Shown here: piece by piece, positions 12,190 to 24,834 of the stretch | Layout of the letters: every line of letters starts with the position of its first letter | Position numbering within the stretch: position 1 is the first letter of the stretch | Source: Macrostomum lignano | Taxonomy: Eukaryota | DNA length: 64,000 nt | Direction of reading: 5' to 3' | Assembly: GCA_002269645.1 (NCBI GenBank) | Contig: NIVC01001917.1 | Location: 1 to 64,000, forward strand | The notes under the pieces: generated by a model | What the model saw: the letters and a program-made list of their open reading frames with translations, nothing else | Databases searched by the model: none | What the model was told of the DNA's origin: nothing | Program-made: the position numbers and the translations under genes

Positions 12190-13600
12190 CCCTCTACCTC
12201 TGCCTTTCCCTATGTCCTTTGGATCCTTTGAAGCTTCTATCTTCTCTTTTGTTTCCTCTCTTCTTTCTTCTCTCCTCTCTCCCCTCTTCTCTCGTTTCTT
12301 CCCTCTCCACACCCTCAACACTTCCCTTATCTCTCCTCTCTCTTTTTCCTCTCTTCTCTCTTCTCTCTTCTCTCAACTTTCTCCTCCCTTCTCTCTTCTC
12401 TTTGCTCTCTTATCTCTCCTTTCTCTTCTTTTGTCTTTTCTCTATCTCTTCTCATTTCTCTCTGCTCTCTCTCAGTCTCTCTCTGCTCTCTCTCTCTCTA
12501 CTCTCTCTCCTCTCTTTCTCTCTCCTTTCGTCTCTCCCCTCTTTCCTTTCCTCTCTCCTCCTTTTCCCCTATCTCCCCCGTCCTCTCGATTCCCCCCTCC
12601 TCTCTCCTCACTCACTTCTCTCTCCCTTTGTCTCACCTCTCATCTCCCATCTCTTATTTCTTATCTCTCCTCTTCGCTCTACTCTCCCATCTCTCGTCTG
12701 TTCACTCTCGTTTCTACTCTCTCATCTCCCTTCTCTCATATGTCATCTTTACTCTCAGATGTTCTCTCACATTTCTCCTCTGTACTTTTCTCTTCCCCTT
12801 TTTTGATTCCTCTTTCCTTTCTCCTTTCTTCTCGTCTTTTCTCTTCCCTCTTCTATACTCTCTCCCTCTCTTGTCTTCTCTCTTCTCTCTCCACTCTCCT
12901 CTCTCCTCATATCGTCTGTTCACTTTCATCTTTGATCTCTCATCCCTCTCTATCTTCTGTCATCTCTACTCTCCTCTGTCCTGTGTACTCTTCTCTTCCT
13001 CTCTTCTGACTCCTCTCTTTCCTTACTCCTCTCTTCTCTTCCCTCTTCTATACTCACTCCCCTCTATTCTCTTCTCTCGTCTCTTTGCACTCTGCTCTCT
13101 CCTGCTTCATCTCTTATCTCTACAATTTCATCTCTTTCCACTCTTTCCCTCTTCCCTTTACTCTATCATCTCTTCTTTCTCAACTCTCTCCTCTCTCTCC
13201 CTCTCTCCCCCTCTTATCTCCTCTCTTCTCTATCCTTTCTAGTCTCTCCTCTCGATCCTCTCTCATCTGCCTCTCTGCTCTCTCATCTCTACTCTCTTCT
13301 CACTCTTCTCTACTCTCCTCTCTCATCTATCATCTGTCTCATCTCTCCCCTCTTCTCTCTCCCTCTTCTCGCCTCTACTCTTTCCTCTCCCTCCTCTCTC
13401 CCCTCCTTTCGCTTCTTCCTCCCATATTCTCTGCTCTCTCCTCACCCCTGGCCCCCTCGTCTCTCCTGTTATCTTCTATATTTTCTCTTATCCTCCTCTC
13501 GCCTCTCCTCTCTTCTAACAGTCTATTCCTTCTCTTTTCCACTCTCATCTGGCCTGCAGCCATGAGCTGGATTCTTTATCTGGCCTTTGAGGCAAAAATC
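12190..13600. repeat. About 1.35-kb polypyrimidine (CT-rich) low-complexity tract with a conserved right flank shared with 46385-46460
   Basis: Almost purely C/T on the + strand with degenerate CTCT/CTCCT motifs. The S/L/P/F-rich ORFs here are compositional artefacts. Confidence 0.9.
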
Positions 13601-14379
13601 TACCGATCCCTGCTTCGAAAGCCAGTTTTTGGGACGTAGTACTCTCATTGTTGTTATCATTTCTCATGCTTTAATCACGTCACCTTTCTGGCCAATTAGC
13701 AGTCCTGAGGGGAATTTGTGTATCTCCAGCTCCATCACCACCACCACAGTCTGCACTCTGCAGCAGTCCAACACAACCAAGGAAATACGCATTTCTTAGG
13801 AGCCATTAAATTTTAAAGTTTTGAACCTTATGCGAAACTTAGTTAAAATTTTGATGGTGTAACTAATTTAGTAGGATTGTATTGTAATCAATAACCAGTT
13901 ATTCATTTATTTTTCGCTATTTTTATCCCACACCCCCGCATCGCCTTGATTTGCCATCCACTGTTAAACTGCTGCAGACTTGTCTATACAGAGGACAGTG
14001 GTTTGAATCTCTCGCTAAGCGGCTAAACTGTCATGGCTAAACGTAGCCAGGTAGCCTCTCGTCTACACGCGCGGGGTGCAGGGAAGGAAGGCTATTAAAA
14101 AGTTATTCCAAAACACTGTACATTCGCTATGTACATTCAGCTCTATCGCCTGACCCTTGGTCTGGCTCTGGGGGAATGAGTGAGTGAGCGGCACAAACAA
14201 CAGAAAAAGCAGACAAACTTCACATGCTTACAGTTTCCGTCCTGATTGAGATACAGAGTTGAGACTTTACATTTAGACAGAGATTAGAGATTTAGTATAT
14301 TTAGATGAGTCAATAAAGAATTGTGTCAAATTTGAAGTCAATTGCTTCACTTGGAGCAAACTTATGGCAGCCGAAAATA

Positions 14380-14826
14380 GTCATTTTAAAACCTATTTAC
14401 CCTTTGCCTAGATCGGGAAAGAGAGGCAGGCGGGCGGAGGTTGGGGTGGCTGCCTTGCTGAAAAAAACAGCCTAACTTTAAAAGTGCACAGCGCCGTTCA
14501 GGATTAACTTTGAGACTCGAAATTTTACACGATTGTGTCAAAATAGTTGAAGATTGATTGTGTCAAATTTGAAGAGGATCGGTAGAAGTGGAGCGGCGCT
14601 ATGGAGGATTTAGTAAAAAAATCGCGAATTTTGAGCAGTTTTTTGCACTTTAAGGTAGGAAGACTTGGATTTAGGAAATTCAAAGGTAGCCTAAGACATT
14701 CTTCGTAGTGAATTTAGGGCGGGTGCAAAATTTGGTGGCATTTGGTTGGGCGGTTTGGGAGTCCATAGCAAACAAAATTGTCCACAGACACACACACAGA
14801 GTTTTGATTTTTATATGTAGAAGAGA
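14380..14826 (-). mobile_element. Non-autonomous Helitron-like element, 5' portion
   Basis: The minus strand reads A|TCTCTTCTACATATAAAAATC, then a (TG)n/TCTGT microsatellite, then GCTATGGACTCCCAAACCG...AAATTTTG...TTAGGCTA. This is the layout of invertebrate non-autonomous Helitrons. It shares GCGGGCGGAGGTTGGGGTGGCT with the downstream array. No clear 3' hairpin/CTRR was found, and the left boundary is approximate. Confidence 0.55.
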
Positions 14827-16210
14827 TTTATTGTAATAAAATTTATTACAAACGAGTGGAACTCCTCCTCCGGAGGAGAAAGGGGAAGAACTCCCATCAC
14901 CGGAATTCCATTCCCTGAAATCCATCAGCTGAAACTCCATGACTTGAATCCCATCTTCCAAATCGTCTCCAAATTCTTTACAAAATCTTTGAAAGACCAT
15001 AGCTCAAAGACTCTCACGTCTCTCATATCTCCTCTCTCTTTTATTCGCTATTATCGTGACTCTTCTCTCTCCTCTCTCTCATCTCATCTCTACCCCTACT
15101 CCCTTATTTATCTCTTCTCCCTCGTCTTTCGTTTGTACCCTCTCCTGTCTCTTGTCTCCTCTCTTCTCTCATATCTCTCCTCTTCACTTATGTCTCCTGT
15201 CTCCTCTTCTCTCTTATCTCTCCCTCTTCTCTCCTCTCTCATATGTCATCTCTCCTTACTTATCTATCGTCTCTCTTAACCCTCTCTCTCTTCTCTTTTC
15301 TCTCCTATCTGCTTCTCATTTCTCATATCTCATATTCGCTCTCACACTCTACTTTCTTGTCTCCCATCTTTCTTTCCTCCTTACCACTATCCCCTGTCTC
15401 TTCTCTTCTCTCTTTTCTATCCTCTCCATTCTCTCTTCTCTCCTCTCCTTTCTCCTTTCATCTTCTCCCCTCTCTTCTCTAATCTCTAATCTCTTCTCTC
15501 TTATGTTCTCACTCATCTCTTTTCTCATCGCATCTCTCATCTCTCCTCTCCTCATTACTTTCCTTCTCTTAACTCTCTTATCTCTGATCTTTCATCTCTT
15601 TCCTCTCTCCTCTCTCTCTTCTCCTCTCGCTTCTCTCTCTCCTCTCTCTCCTCTCATCTATACTACCTTATTTATATCTTCTCCCTGGTCTTTCGTCTCT
15701 ACTCTCTCCTGTCTCATTTCTCCCCTCTTTTCTCCTCTCTTCTCTCTCCCCTCCTCTCTCATCTCTCATCCCTCATCTCACTCCTTCTTTCTCCTCTACT
15801 TTCCCCTCTTTTCTATTACCTCTGTACGCTCTTATCCCTCATCTCTATTCTCTCTCCTATCATCTCTCTTGTCCCCCTCTGCTATCTCACATCTCCCCTC
15901 TCGTCTCCTCTCTCATCTTCTCTTCTCTCTCCTTCGTTCCCGCCTTATTCCCCTCTTCTCTCCCATCTGTCATGTCTAATCTCTCCACTCATTTCTACTC
16001 TGTTTTCTATCATCTCATCTCTCTTCTCTTTTCATTCTTCTCTTTACTCTCTTCTCTGACTCTGACTGATTGAAGATGCCAAATCCATCAAGATCCTCTC
16101 CACGAAACAGAAATCCTCTTCGTCAAAATTAAAACATTGAAATCGTCTCCGCTAAACTGGACTCAATCGAATTTTTTTCGTCAAACATCTGAACTCTCCG
16201 GATTCATTGG

Positions 16211-16250
16211 TTAGGGTTAGGGTTAGGGTTAGGGTTAGGGTTAGGGTTAG
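16211..16250 (+). repeat. Interstitial telomeric repeat (TTAGGG)6+TTAG in unit A1
   Basis: Read directly from the sequence. Confidence 0.95.
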
Positions 16251-18053
16251 AACTACGCACAGCTTCGTGTTAAAAGGCACTGATAAAAATATTGAACTAA
16301 TTGAATCAATTCATTGCGCAACTGATTTCACAGTCAGTCAGTCAATCTAAATCAACCCTCCAATACACAGCAGCAGTGAGAAGTTGAACCCTCCCCCCAA
16401 CTTTATCTATTACGTCTCGCAAAACTAAGTACAATCTTTGCAGAAAGTTAAAAGTATGAAAATAGTTTTTCAAATGCTGTGCCTTTTCTTTTCATATATA
16501 AAGCAAACAACTTATATCCCCAAACTCAGCGTTGCAAGATCTTTCCAGTCTCTCCTCTCAAAGTTTAAAACTCGAGGAACAGTTAGCGTTTGAAATTTAC
16601 CGATTTCCCGACTGCTTGCTAGAGAAGCTCGCAGTCGCAATTCATTGAATTTCACTGCCAAGCTAATACACAGGGCTGGCTGCCTATGGAGAAAAAAGGC
16701 GCCGATAATAAAACCAAATGAATTTCGACACAGTCTATCTATTTACACTGTACAACTGCTATGTACACTCAGCCCAAGCCCAACCCCCGTTCTGGGGGAA
16801 GCATTAAATTTAACTCGACCCCCCCAACACGCGGGGGTTTTATTTGCATTGAACGCAGAACACGCGCACCCACCACCCCTCAATACACAGCGGCCGCGGG
16901 CGGAGGTTGGGGTGGCTATTTTTACAAACTGGCTGAAGCCCCAGGCAGAGTGACCAAAGAAGGTTATTGGGGTTAAAAAAGCAGTTTTCTGCTTTTTTAG
17001 GGATGTTAAAATGTGAAAATTAAAAATTAAAATAGCCTAAAGCCTGCTCCGGAAAATTTGCAGTTTTCCCATATAAGTTTCGACGTTGACTTGGCAGAAT
17101 TGTAGGAGTTCACTTGCTACATACAGACAGACAGACATACAGACAGACAAACATCGCGTCGGTTTTAGTATTAGGACGAGGCCAACTCCTCCTCTGGAGG
17201 AGAAAGGGGAAGAACTCCCATCACCGGAATTCCATTCCCTGAAATCCATCAGCTGAAATTCCATGACTTGAATCCCATCTTCCAAATCATCTCCAAATCC
17301 TCTGTAAAGCCTTTCAAATACCATATCTTGTTTTCCCTGTTCGCAAAAACTGACTGCCATTGTCCAGACTCAGATTCTTCTGTCTCCTCTCTTCTCTTTT
17401 CTCTCCTCTCACGTCTCTCATCTCTACCACCTTATTTATCTCTTCTCCCTCGTCTTTCGTCTTTCTCTTCTGTCTCCTTTATCCCCTGTTTTCTCCTCTC
17501 TCCTCTCTTCTCTCCTCTCTCATCTCTCATCCCTCATGCCTCATCTCACTATTTCTTTCTCCTCTACTCTCAGCTCCTCTCTTCTCTCTCCTCTCATCTC
17601 TCCTGTCTCCCTCTGCTATCTCATATATTCCCTCTCATCTCCTCTCTCCTCTTTTCTTCTCTCTCCCTCTTCGTTCCCGCCTTACTCCCCTCTTCTCTCC
17701 CATCTGTCATGTCTAATCTGTCCTCTCTCATCTCTTCTCTCTTCTCTTTTCACTCTTCTCTTTACTCTCTTTACTGACTGACTGAAGATACCAAATCCAT
17801 CAAAATCCCTCCGTGAAACAGAAATCCTCTCCGCGAAACAGAAATCCTCTCCGTGAAACTGGGCTCCATGGAAATCCTCTGAGTGAAACTGACATCCATC
17901 AAAATCGTCTCCGTAAAACAGAAATACATCTAAATTCTCTCCACGAAAAATAAATCCTCTCCGTGAAACCGAAAACCATCAGAATACTCCGTGAAACTGG
18001 ACTCAATCGAAATTTTCTCTGTCAAAAAGAACTTAACTTTCAGAATTCATTGG

Positions 18054-18065
18054 TTAGGGTTAGGG
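18054..18065 (+). repeat. (TTAGGG)2 in unit B1
   Basis: Read directly; position homologous to the A1 tract. Confidence 0.8.
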
Positions 18066-18951
18066 TTCGAGCTGCACAGAGCTGCGTGTTGAATTAATTG
18101 AATCAATTAATTGCGCAAACCATTTCTCAGTCAGACAGTATCAGTCTTATTTAAAGTTAAATAAACAGTTGCGCAATCTAAATCAACCCTCCAATACACA
18201 GCAGCAGTGAGAAGTTGAACCCTCCCCCAACTTTATCTATTACGTCTCGCAAAACTAAGTACAATCTTTGCAGAAAGTTAAAAGTATGAAAATAGTTTTT
18301 CAAATGCTGTGCTTTTTCTTTTCATATATAAAGCAAACAACTTATATCCCCAAACTCAGCGTTGCAAGATCTTTCCAGCAATATAAGTCTCTCCTCTCAA
18401 AGTTTAAAACTCGAGGAACAGTTAGCGTTTGAAATTTACCGATTTCCCGACTGCTTGCTAGAGAAGCTCGCAATTCATTGAATTTCACTGCTAAGCTAAT
18501 ACACAGGGCTGCCTATAGAAAAAAGGCGCCAATAATAAAACCAAATGAATCTTGACACAGTCCATCTGTTTACACTGTACAACTGCTATGTACACTCAGC
18601 CCAAGCCCAACCCCCGTTCTGGGGGAAGCATTAAATTTAACTCGACCCCCCCAACACGCGGGGGTTTTATTTGCATTGAACGCAGAACACGCGCACCCAC
18701 CACCCCTCAATACACAGCGGCCCGCGGGCGGAGGTTGGGGTGGCTATTTTTACAAACTGGCTGAAGCCCCAGGCAGAGTGACCAAAGAAGGTTATTGGGA
18801 GTTAAAAAAGCAGTTTTCTGCTTTTTTAGGGATGTTAAAATGTGAAAATTAAAAATTAAAATAGCCTAAAGCCTGCTCCGGAAAATTTGCAGTTTTCCCA
18901 TATAAGTTTCGACGTTGACTTGGCAGAATTGTAGGAGTTCACTTGCTACAT

Positions 18952-18982
<31 letters not shown>

Positions 18983-20362
18983 TCGCGTCGGTTTTAGTAT
19001 TAGGACGAGTGGAACTCCTCCTCCGGAGGAGAAAGGGGAAGAACTCCCATCACCGGAATTCCATTCCCTGAAATCCATCAGCTGAAACTCCATGACTTGA
19101 ATCCCATCTTCCAAATCGTCTCCAAATTATTTACAAAATCTTTGAAAGACCATAGCTCAAAGACTCTCACGTCTCTCATATCTCCTCTCTCTTTTATTCG
19201 CTATTATCGTGACTCTTCTCTCTCCTCTCTCTCATCTCATCTCTACCCCTACTCCCTTATTTATCTCTTCTCCCTCGTCTTTCGTTTGTACCCTCTCCTG
19301 TCTCTTGTCTCCTCTCTTCTCTCATATCTCTCCTCTTCACTTATGTCTCCTGTCTCCTCTTCTCTCTTATCTCTCCCTCTTCTCTCCTCTCTCATATGTC
19401 ATCTCTCCTTACTTATCTATCGTCTCTCTTAACCCTCTCTCTCTTCTCTTTTCTCTCCTATCTGCTTCTCATTTCTCATATCTCATATTCGCTCTCACAC
19501 TCTACTTTCTTGTCTCCCATCTTTCTTTCCTCCTTACCACTATCCCCTGTCTCTTCTCTTCTCTCTTTTCTATCCTCTCCATTCTCTCTTCTCTCCTCTC
19601 CTTTCTCCTTTCATCTTCTCCCCTCTCTTCTCTAATCTCTAATCTCTTCTCTCTTATGTTCTCACTCATCTCTTTTCTCATCGCATCTCTCATCTCTCCT
19701 CTCCTCATTACTTTCCTTCTCTTAACTCTCTTATCTCTGATCTTTCATCTCTTTCCTCTCTCCTCTCTCTCTTCTCCTCTCGCTTCTCTCTCTCCTCTCT
19801 CTCCTCTCATCTATACTACCTTATTTATATCTTCTCCCTGGTCTTTCGTCTCTACTCTCTCCTGTCTCATTTCTCCCCTCTTTTCTCCTCTCTTCTCTCT
19901 CCCCTCCTCTCTCATCTCTCATCCCTCATCTCACTCCTTCTTTCTCCTCTACTTTCCCCTCTTTTCTATTACCTCTGTACGCTCTTATCCCTCATCTCTA
20001 TTCTCTCTCCTATCATCTCTCTTGTCCCCCTCTGCTATCTCACATCTCCCCTCTCGTCTCCTCTCTCATCTTCTCTTCTCTCTCCTTCGTTCCCGCCTTA
20101 TTCCCTCTTCTCTCCCATCTGTCATGTCTAATCTCTCCACTCATTTCTACTCTGTTTTCTATCATCTCATCTCTCTTCTCTTTTCATTCTTCTCTTTACT
20201 CTCTTCTCTGACTCTGACTGATTGAAGATGCCAAATCCATCAAGATCCTCTCCACGAAACAGAAATCCTCTTCGTCAAAATTAAAACATTGAAATCGTCT
20301 CCGCTAAACTGGACTCAATCGAATTTTTTTCGTCAAACATCTGAACTCTCCGGATTCATTGG

Positions 20363-20402
20363 TTAGGGTTAGGGTTAGGGTTAGGGTTAGGGTTAGGGTT
20401 AG
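20363..20402 (+). repeat. Interstitial telomeric repeat (TTAGGG)6+TTAG in unit A2
   Basis: Read directly from the sequence. Confidence 0.95.
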
Positions 20403-22211
20403 AACTACGCACAGCTTCGTGTTAAAAGGCACTGATAAAAATATTGAACTAATTGAATCAATTCATTGCGCAACTGATTTCACAGTCAGTCAGTCAATCT
20501 AAATCAACCCTCCAATACACAGCAGCAGTGAGAAGTTGAACCCTCCCCCAACTTTATCTATTACGTCTCGCAAAACTAAGTACAATCTTTGCAGAAAGTT
20601 AAAAGTATGAAAATAGTTTTTCAAATGCTGTGCCTTTTCTTTTCATATATAAAGCAAACAACTTATATCCCCAAACTCAGCGTTGCAAGATCTTTCCAGT
20701 CTCTCCTCTCAAAGTTTAAAACTCGAGGAACAGTTAGCGTTTGAAATTTACCGATTTCCCGACTGCTTGCTAGAGAAGCTCGCAGTCGCAATTCATTGAA
20801 TTTCACTGCCAAGCTAATACACAGGGCTGGCTGCCTATGGAGAAAAAAGGCGCCGATAATAAAACCAAATGAATTTCGACACAGTCTATCTATTTACACT
20901 GTACAACTGCTATGTACACTCAGCCCAAGCCCAACCCCCGTTCTGGGGAAGCATTAAATTTAACTCGACCCCCCAACACGCGGGGGTTTTATTTGCATTG
21001 AACGCAGAACACGCGCACCCACCACCCCTCAATACACAGCGGCCCGCGGGCGGAGGTTGGGGTGGCTATTTTTACAAACTGGCTGAAGCCCCAGGCAGAG
21101 TGACCAAAGAAGGTTATTGGGGGTTAAAAAAGCAGTTTTCTGCTTTTTTAGGGATGTTAAAATGTGAAAATTAAAAATTAAAATAGCCTAAAGCCTGCTC
21201 CGGAAAATTTGCAGTTTTCCCATATAAGTTTCGACGTTGACTTGGCAGAATTGTAGGAGTTCACTTGCTACATACAGACAGACAGACATACAGACAGACA
21301 AACATCGCGTCGGTTTTAGTATTAGGACGAGGCCAACTCCTCCTCTGGAGGAGAAAGGGGAAGAACTCCCATCACCGGAATTCCATTCCCTGAAATCCAT
21401 CAGCTGAAATTCCATGACTTGAATCCCATCTTCCAAATCATCTCCAAATCCTCTGTAAAGCCTTTCAAATACCATATCTTGTTTTCCCTGTTCGCAAAAA
21501 CTGACTGCCATTGTCCAGACTCAGATTCTTCTGTCTCCTCTCTTCTCTTTTCTCTCCTCTCACGTCTCTCATCTCTACCACCTTATTTATCTCTTCTCCC
21601 TCGTCTTTCGTCTTTCTCTTCTGTCTCCTTTATCCCCTGTTTTCTCCTCTCTCCTCTCTCCTCTCTTCTCTCCTCTCTCATCTCTCATCCCTCATGCCTC
21701 ATCTCACTATTTCTTTCTCCTCTACTCTCAGCTCCTCTCTTCTCTCTCCTCTCATCTCTCCTGTCTCCCTCTGCTATCTCATATATTCCCTCTCATCTCC
21801 TCTCTCCTCTTTTCTTCTCTCTCCCTCTTCGTTCCCGCCTTACTCCCCTCTTCTCTCCCATCTGTCATGTCTAATCTGTCCTCTCTCATCTCTTCTCTCT
21901 TCTCTTTTCACTCTTCTCTTTACTCTCTTTACTGACTGACTGAAGATACCAAATCCATCAAAATCCCTCCGTGAAACAGAAATCCTCTCCGCGAAACAGA
22001 AATCCTCTCCGTGAAACTGGGCTCCATGGAAATCCTCTGAGTGAAACTGACATCCATCAAAATCGTCTCCGTAAAACAGAAATACATCTAAATTCTCTCC
22101 ACGAAAAATAAATCCTCTCCGTGAAACCGAAAACCATCAGAATACTCCGTGAAACTGGACTCAATCGAAATTTTCTCTGTCAAAAAGAACTTAACTTTCA
22201 GAATTCATTGG

Positions 22212-22223
22212 TTAGGGTTAGGG
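22212..22223 (+). repeat. (TTAGGG)2 in unit B2
   Basis: Read directly from the sequence. Confidence 0.8.
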
Positions 22224-23594
22224 TTCGAGCTGCACAGAGCTGCGTGTTGAATTAATTGAATCAATTAATTGCGCAAACCATTTCTCAGTCAGACAGTATC
22301 AGTCTTATTTAAAGTTAAATAAACAGTTGCGCAATCTAAATCAACCCTCCAATACACAGCAGCAGTGAGAAGTTGAACCCTCCCCCAACTTTATCTATTA
22401 CGTCTCGCAAAACTAAGTACAATCTTTGCAGAAAGTTAAAAGTATGAAAATAGTTTTTCAAATGCTGTGCTTTTTCTTTTCATATATAAAGCAAACAACT
22501 TATATCCCCAAACTCAGCGTTGCAAGATCTTTCCAGCAATATAAGTCTCTCCTCTCAAAGTTTAAAACTCGAGGAACAGTTAGCGTTTGAAATTTACCGA
22601 TTTCCCGACTGCTTGCTAGAGAAGCTCGCAATTCATTGAATTTCACTGCTAAGCTAATACACAGGGCTGCCTATAGAAAAAAGGCGCCAATAATAAAACC
22701 AAATGAATCTTGACACAGTCCATCTGTTTACACTGTACAACTGCTATGTACACTCAGCCCAAGCCCAACCCCCGTTCTGGGGGAAGCATTAAATTTAACT
22801 CGACCCCCCAACACGCGGGGGTTTTATTTGCATTGAACGCAGAACACGCGCACCCACCACCCCTCAATACACAGCGGCCCGCGGGCGGAGGTTGGGGTGG
22901 CTATTTTTACAAACTGGCTGAAGCCCCAGGCAGAGTGACCAAAGAAGGTTATTGGGAGTTAAAAAAGCAGTTTTCTGCTTTTTTAGGGATGTTAAAATGT
23001 GAAAATTAAAAATTAAAATAGCCTAAAGCCTGCTCCGGAAAATTTGCAGTTTTCCCATATAAGTTTCGACGTTGACTTGGCAGAATTGTAGGAGTTCACT
23101 TGCTACATACAGACAGACAGACATACAGACAGACAAACATCGCGTCGGTTTTAGTATTAGGATAAGGAGGAGAGGAAGGAGGAAGCAGCTTATCACCAAA
23201 ATGACCTGTACTTTACAGGATATTTCTTATACCTTAAAATATTTAGTCAGTCACATAATAGGTGTCTTGAATGGCTTAAAAAACCATGGCATTAAAACCT
23301 TTGATTTCATAGCTAGAGATAGAATAATGAAACTTATAAATTTTGCCAATTTTGATTTTGAAAATATAATTTTCAACTTGTATAAGATTCCAGAATTAAA
23401 GTTGATGTGTCATGACATACAGTATGACACAAAAACCGAGGACTAATCAGTTGCTTTGTTATTTAATATTTAGACTGACTTAATCACTTGTTATCTCTGG
23501 CTCAGTTGCTTAAGACTGACCCAGTCACTTGTTAACTCTGGCTCTGGCTCAGTCAGTCTATAGGTGCAGACTCCTACTCGCTCATTCCAGGTCC

Positions 23595-24834
23595 ATGTCG
23601 CAGGCTTTCCACCAGCGGCATGGCCGCTTCATCCGGCTTAGCAATGGCGGCCAGACAGCCACCCGGACGCGCAGTTTTGCTCACGGCCTCACGTTCAGCG
23701 CTGAGCCGTTGCGCGCAGGCGAGCTGTTTCTAATTGAGGTGACACAGACTGAGTCCGGCTGGAGTGGCGACCTCCGGGTGGGCATCACGCAGGTGAGATT
23801 TAATTGCATTTGAAGAAAAATTTATATTAAAAATTTTCCTTGTTTTCTAAGGCATCGATCTTAGGGACCAGGAAACTGGGAGAAGGGTGGGGGCAGAAAC
23901 AGATCAGTGCTTAGTGGTGCATCTGCTCTCTCCGCATCAAAGTACCCGACTTAGATTCTGTGCTCGTGCTTGCAAAATTAATTTGCCTTGGCTCCCGCAG
24001 TTCTCGAGCATAAGGGCAGACCACCCCCCTAACTAACTAACCAGAGAAGCAGGCAGTGGTTCAGTCCTAAAGTGACCAAAAATATGGTATTAATACCAGA
24101 GACTGCACTAGTGAAAATAACCTATTATTGTATGAATTGTAATGATTCTACATTGTTCCTGTACTCAAGACCGCTGGCGCCATTCTCTTTCTGGTTGGAA
24201 AAAAGAACTTATTGTCCTAAATAACTATCGCCTTCCCCAGGTCCGGCCAGACGCGATGCCCCGGCTGCCCAAGTTCGCCGTGCCCGACCTCAGCAGCAGA
24301 TTCGGCCGCTCCTACGTGCGCACAGTGGGCGGCGTTGCATCATCGGCGTCTTCTTCGTCTGCTGCCTCCCCCGGTGCCGCTGCCGCCTCATCATCCTCGC
24401 CGTCGCCGCTACTTCGCCGTCGCGGCAACCTAGTCCAATCGCCCTGCGGCCTTGTGCACTATCCCAATCTGGTGCCCCGGCACACATTGAAGCGCGGCAC
24501 AGACACTGATAAAGGCGCCAGGATAGGCGTGTACTTTATGCCCGAACAGGGCCAGGGCCGCGACGCCGAGCCCGACCTCGCCAGGCTCCACCTGGTAGTC
24601 AACGGCGTCGACATGGGCCCGGACGAGCAGCCGTTCCCCTATAAAGATCGCGATCATTTCGCCGTTGTTGACGTCTATGGCAAGACTAAACAGGTGCGAA
24701 TCATACCAACCTGCCAGCGCCTGCCGCCGCTCACGGATCTGTGCCTGCTGGCCATACTGCGAATGTATAGCAATGATGAGATCTGCAGGCTGCCTCTGCC
24801 CGAACGAATTAAACTGTATATCACTGCCGGCTGA
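23595..24834 (+). CDS. NEURL2: Neuralized-like protein 2 (NHR domain plus C-terminal SOCS box), 263 aa (exons 23595-23792, 24241-24834)
   Basis: NHR motifs FHQRHG..I.LSNGG.TATR..SFAHGL.FSAEPL..GELFLIE...ESGWSG.LRVGIT and FAVVDVYGKTKQVRI; SOCS box LPPLTDLC.LAI....I..LPLP..IK.YI; phase-0 GT-AG intron. Confidence 0.88.

Larger units (their letters stand above)
14852..23162 (-). repeat. Higher-order tandem array A1 (14852-17175), B1 (17176-19004), A2 (19005-21326), B2 (21327-23162); period about 4153 bp; Helitron-like composite units
   Basis: A1 and A2, and B1 and B2, are near-identical (ORF offsets 4151-4158). On + each subunit reads: conserved head, CT-rich tract, GAAAC..AAATCCTCT subrepeats, (TTAGGG)n, about 900 bp conserved block, (ACAG)n, then TTAGTATTAGGA. 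On - this end reads TCCTAATACTAA followed by (CTGT)n. Confidence 0.92.

Noticed and set aside
12212-13639. Long S/L/P/F-rich ORFs (up to 265 aa) and R/E-rich antisense ORFs; the same applies at 15056-15979 and 19209-20225
   Set aside because: They are translations of CT-rich low-complexity DNA, open in several frames, with no domain signal.
14680-15000. Repeated minus-strand ORF (FGDDLEDGIQVMEFQLMDFREWNSGDG) in each array unit
   Set aside because: No recognisable family, inconsistent starts, and it runs across element junctions. A captured exon fragment cannot be excluded but is unsupported.
23072-23446. 124-aa ORF spanning the end of the array
   Set aside because: It starts inside the repeat unit, is AT-rich unlike the real exons here, and has no recognisable motif.
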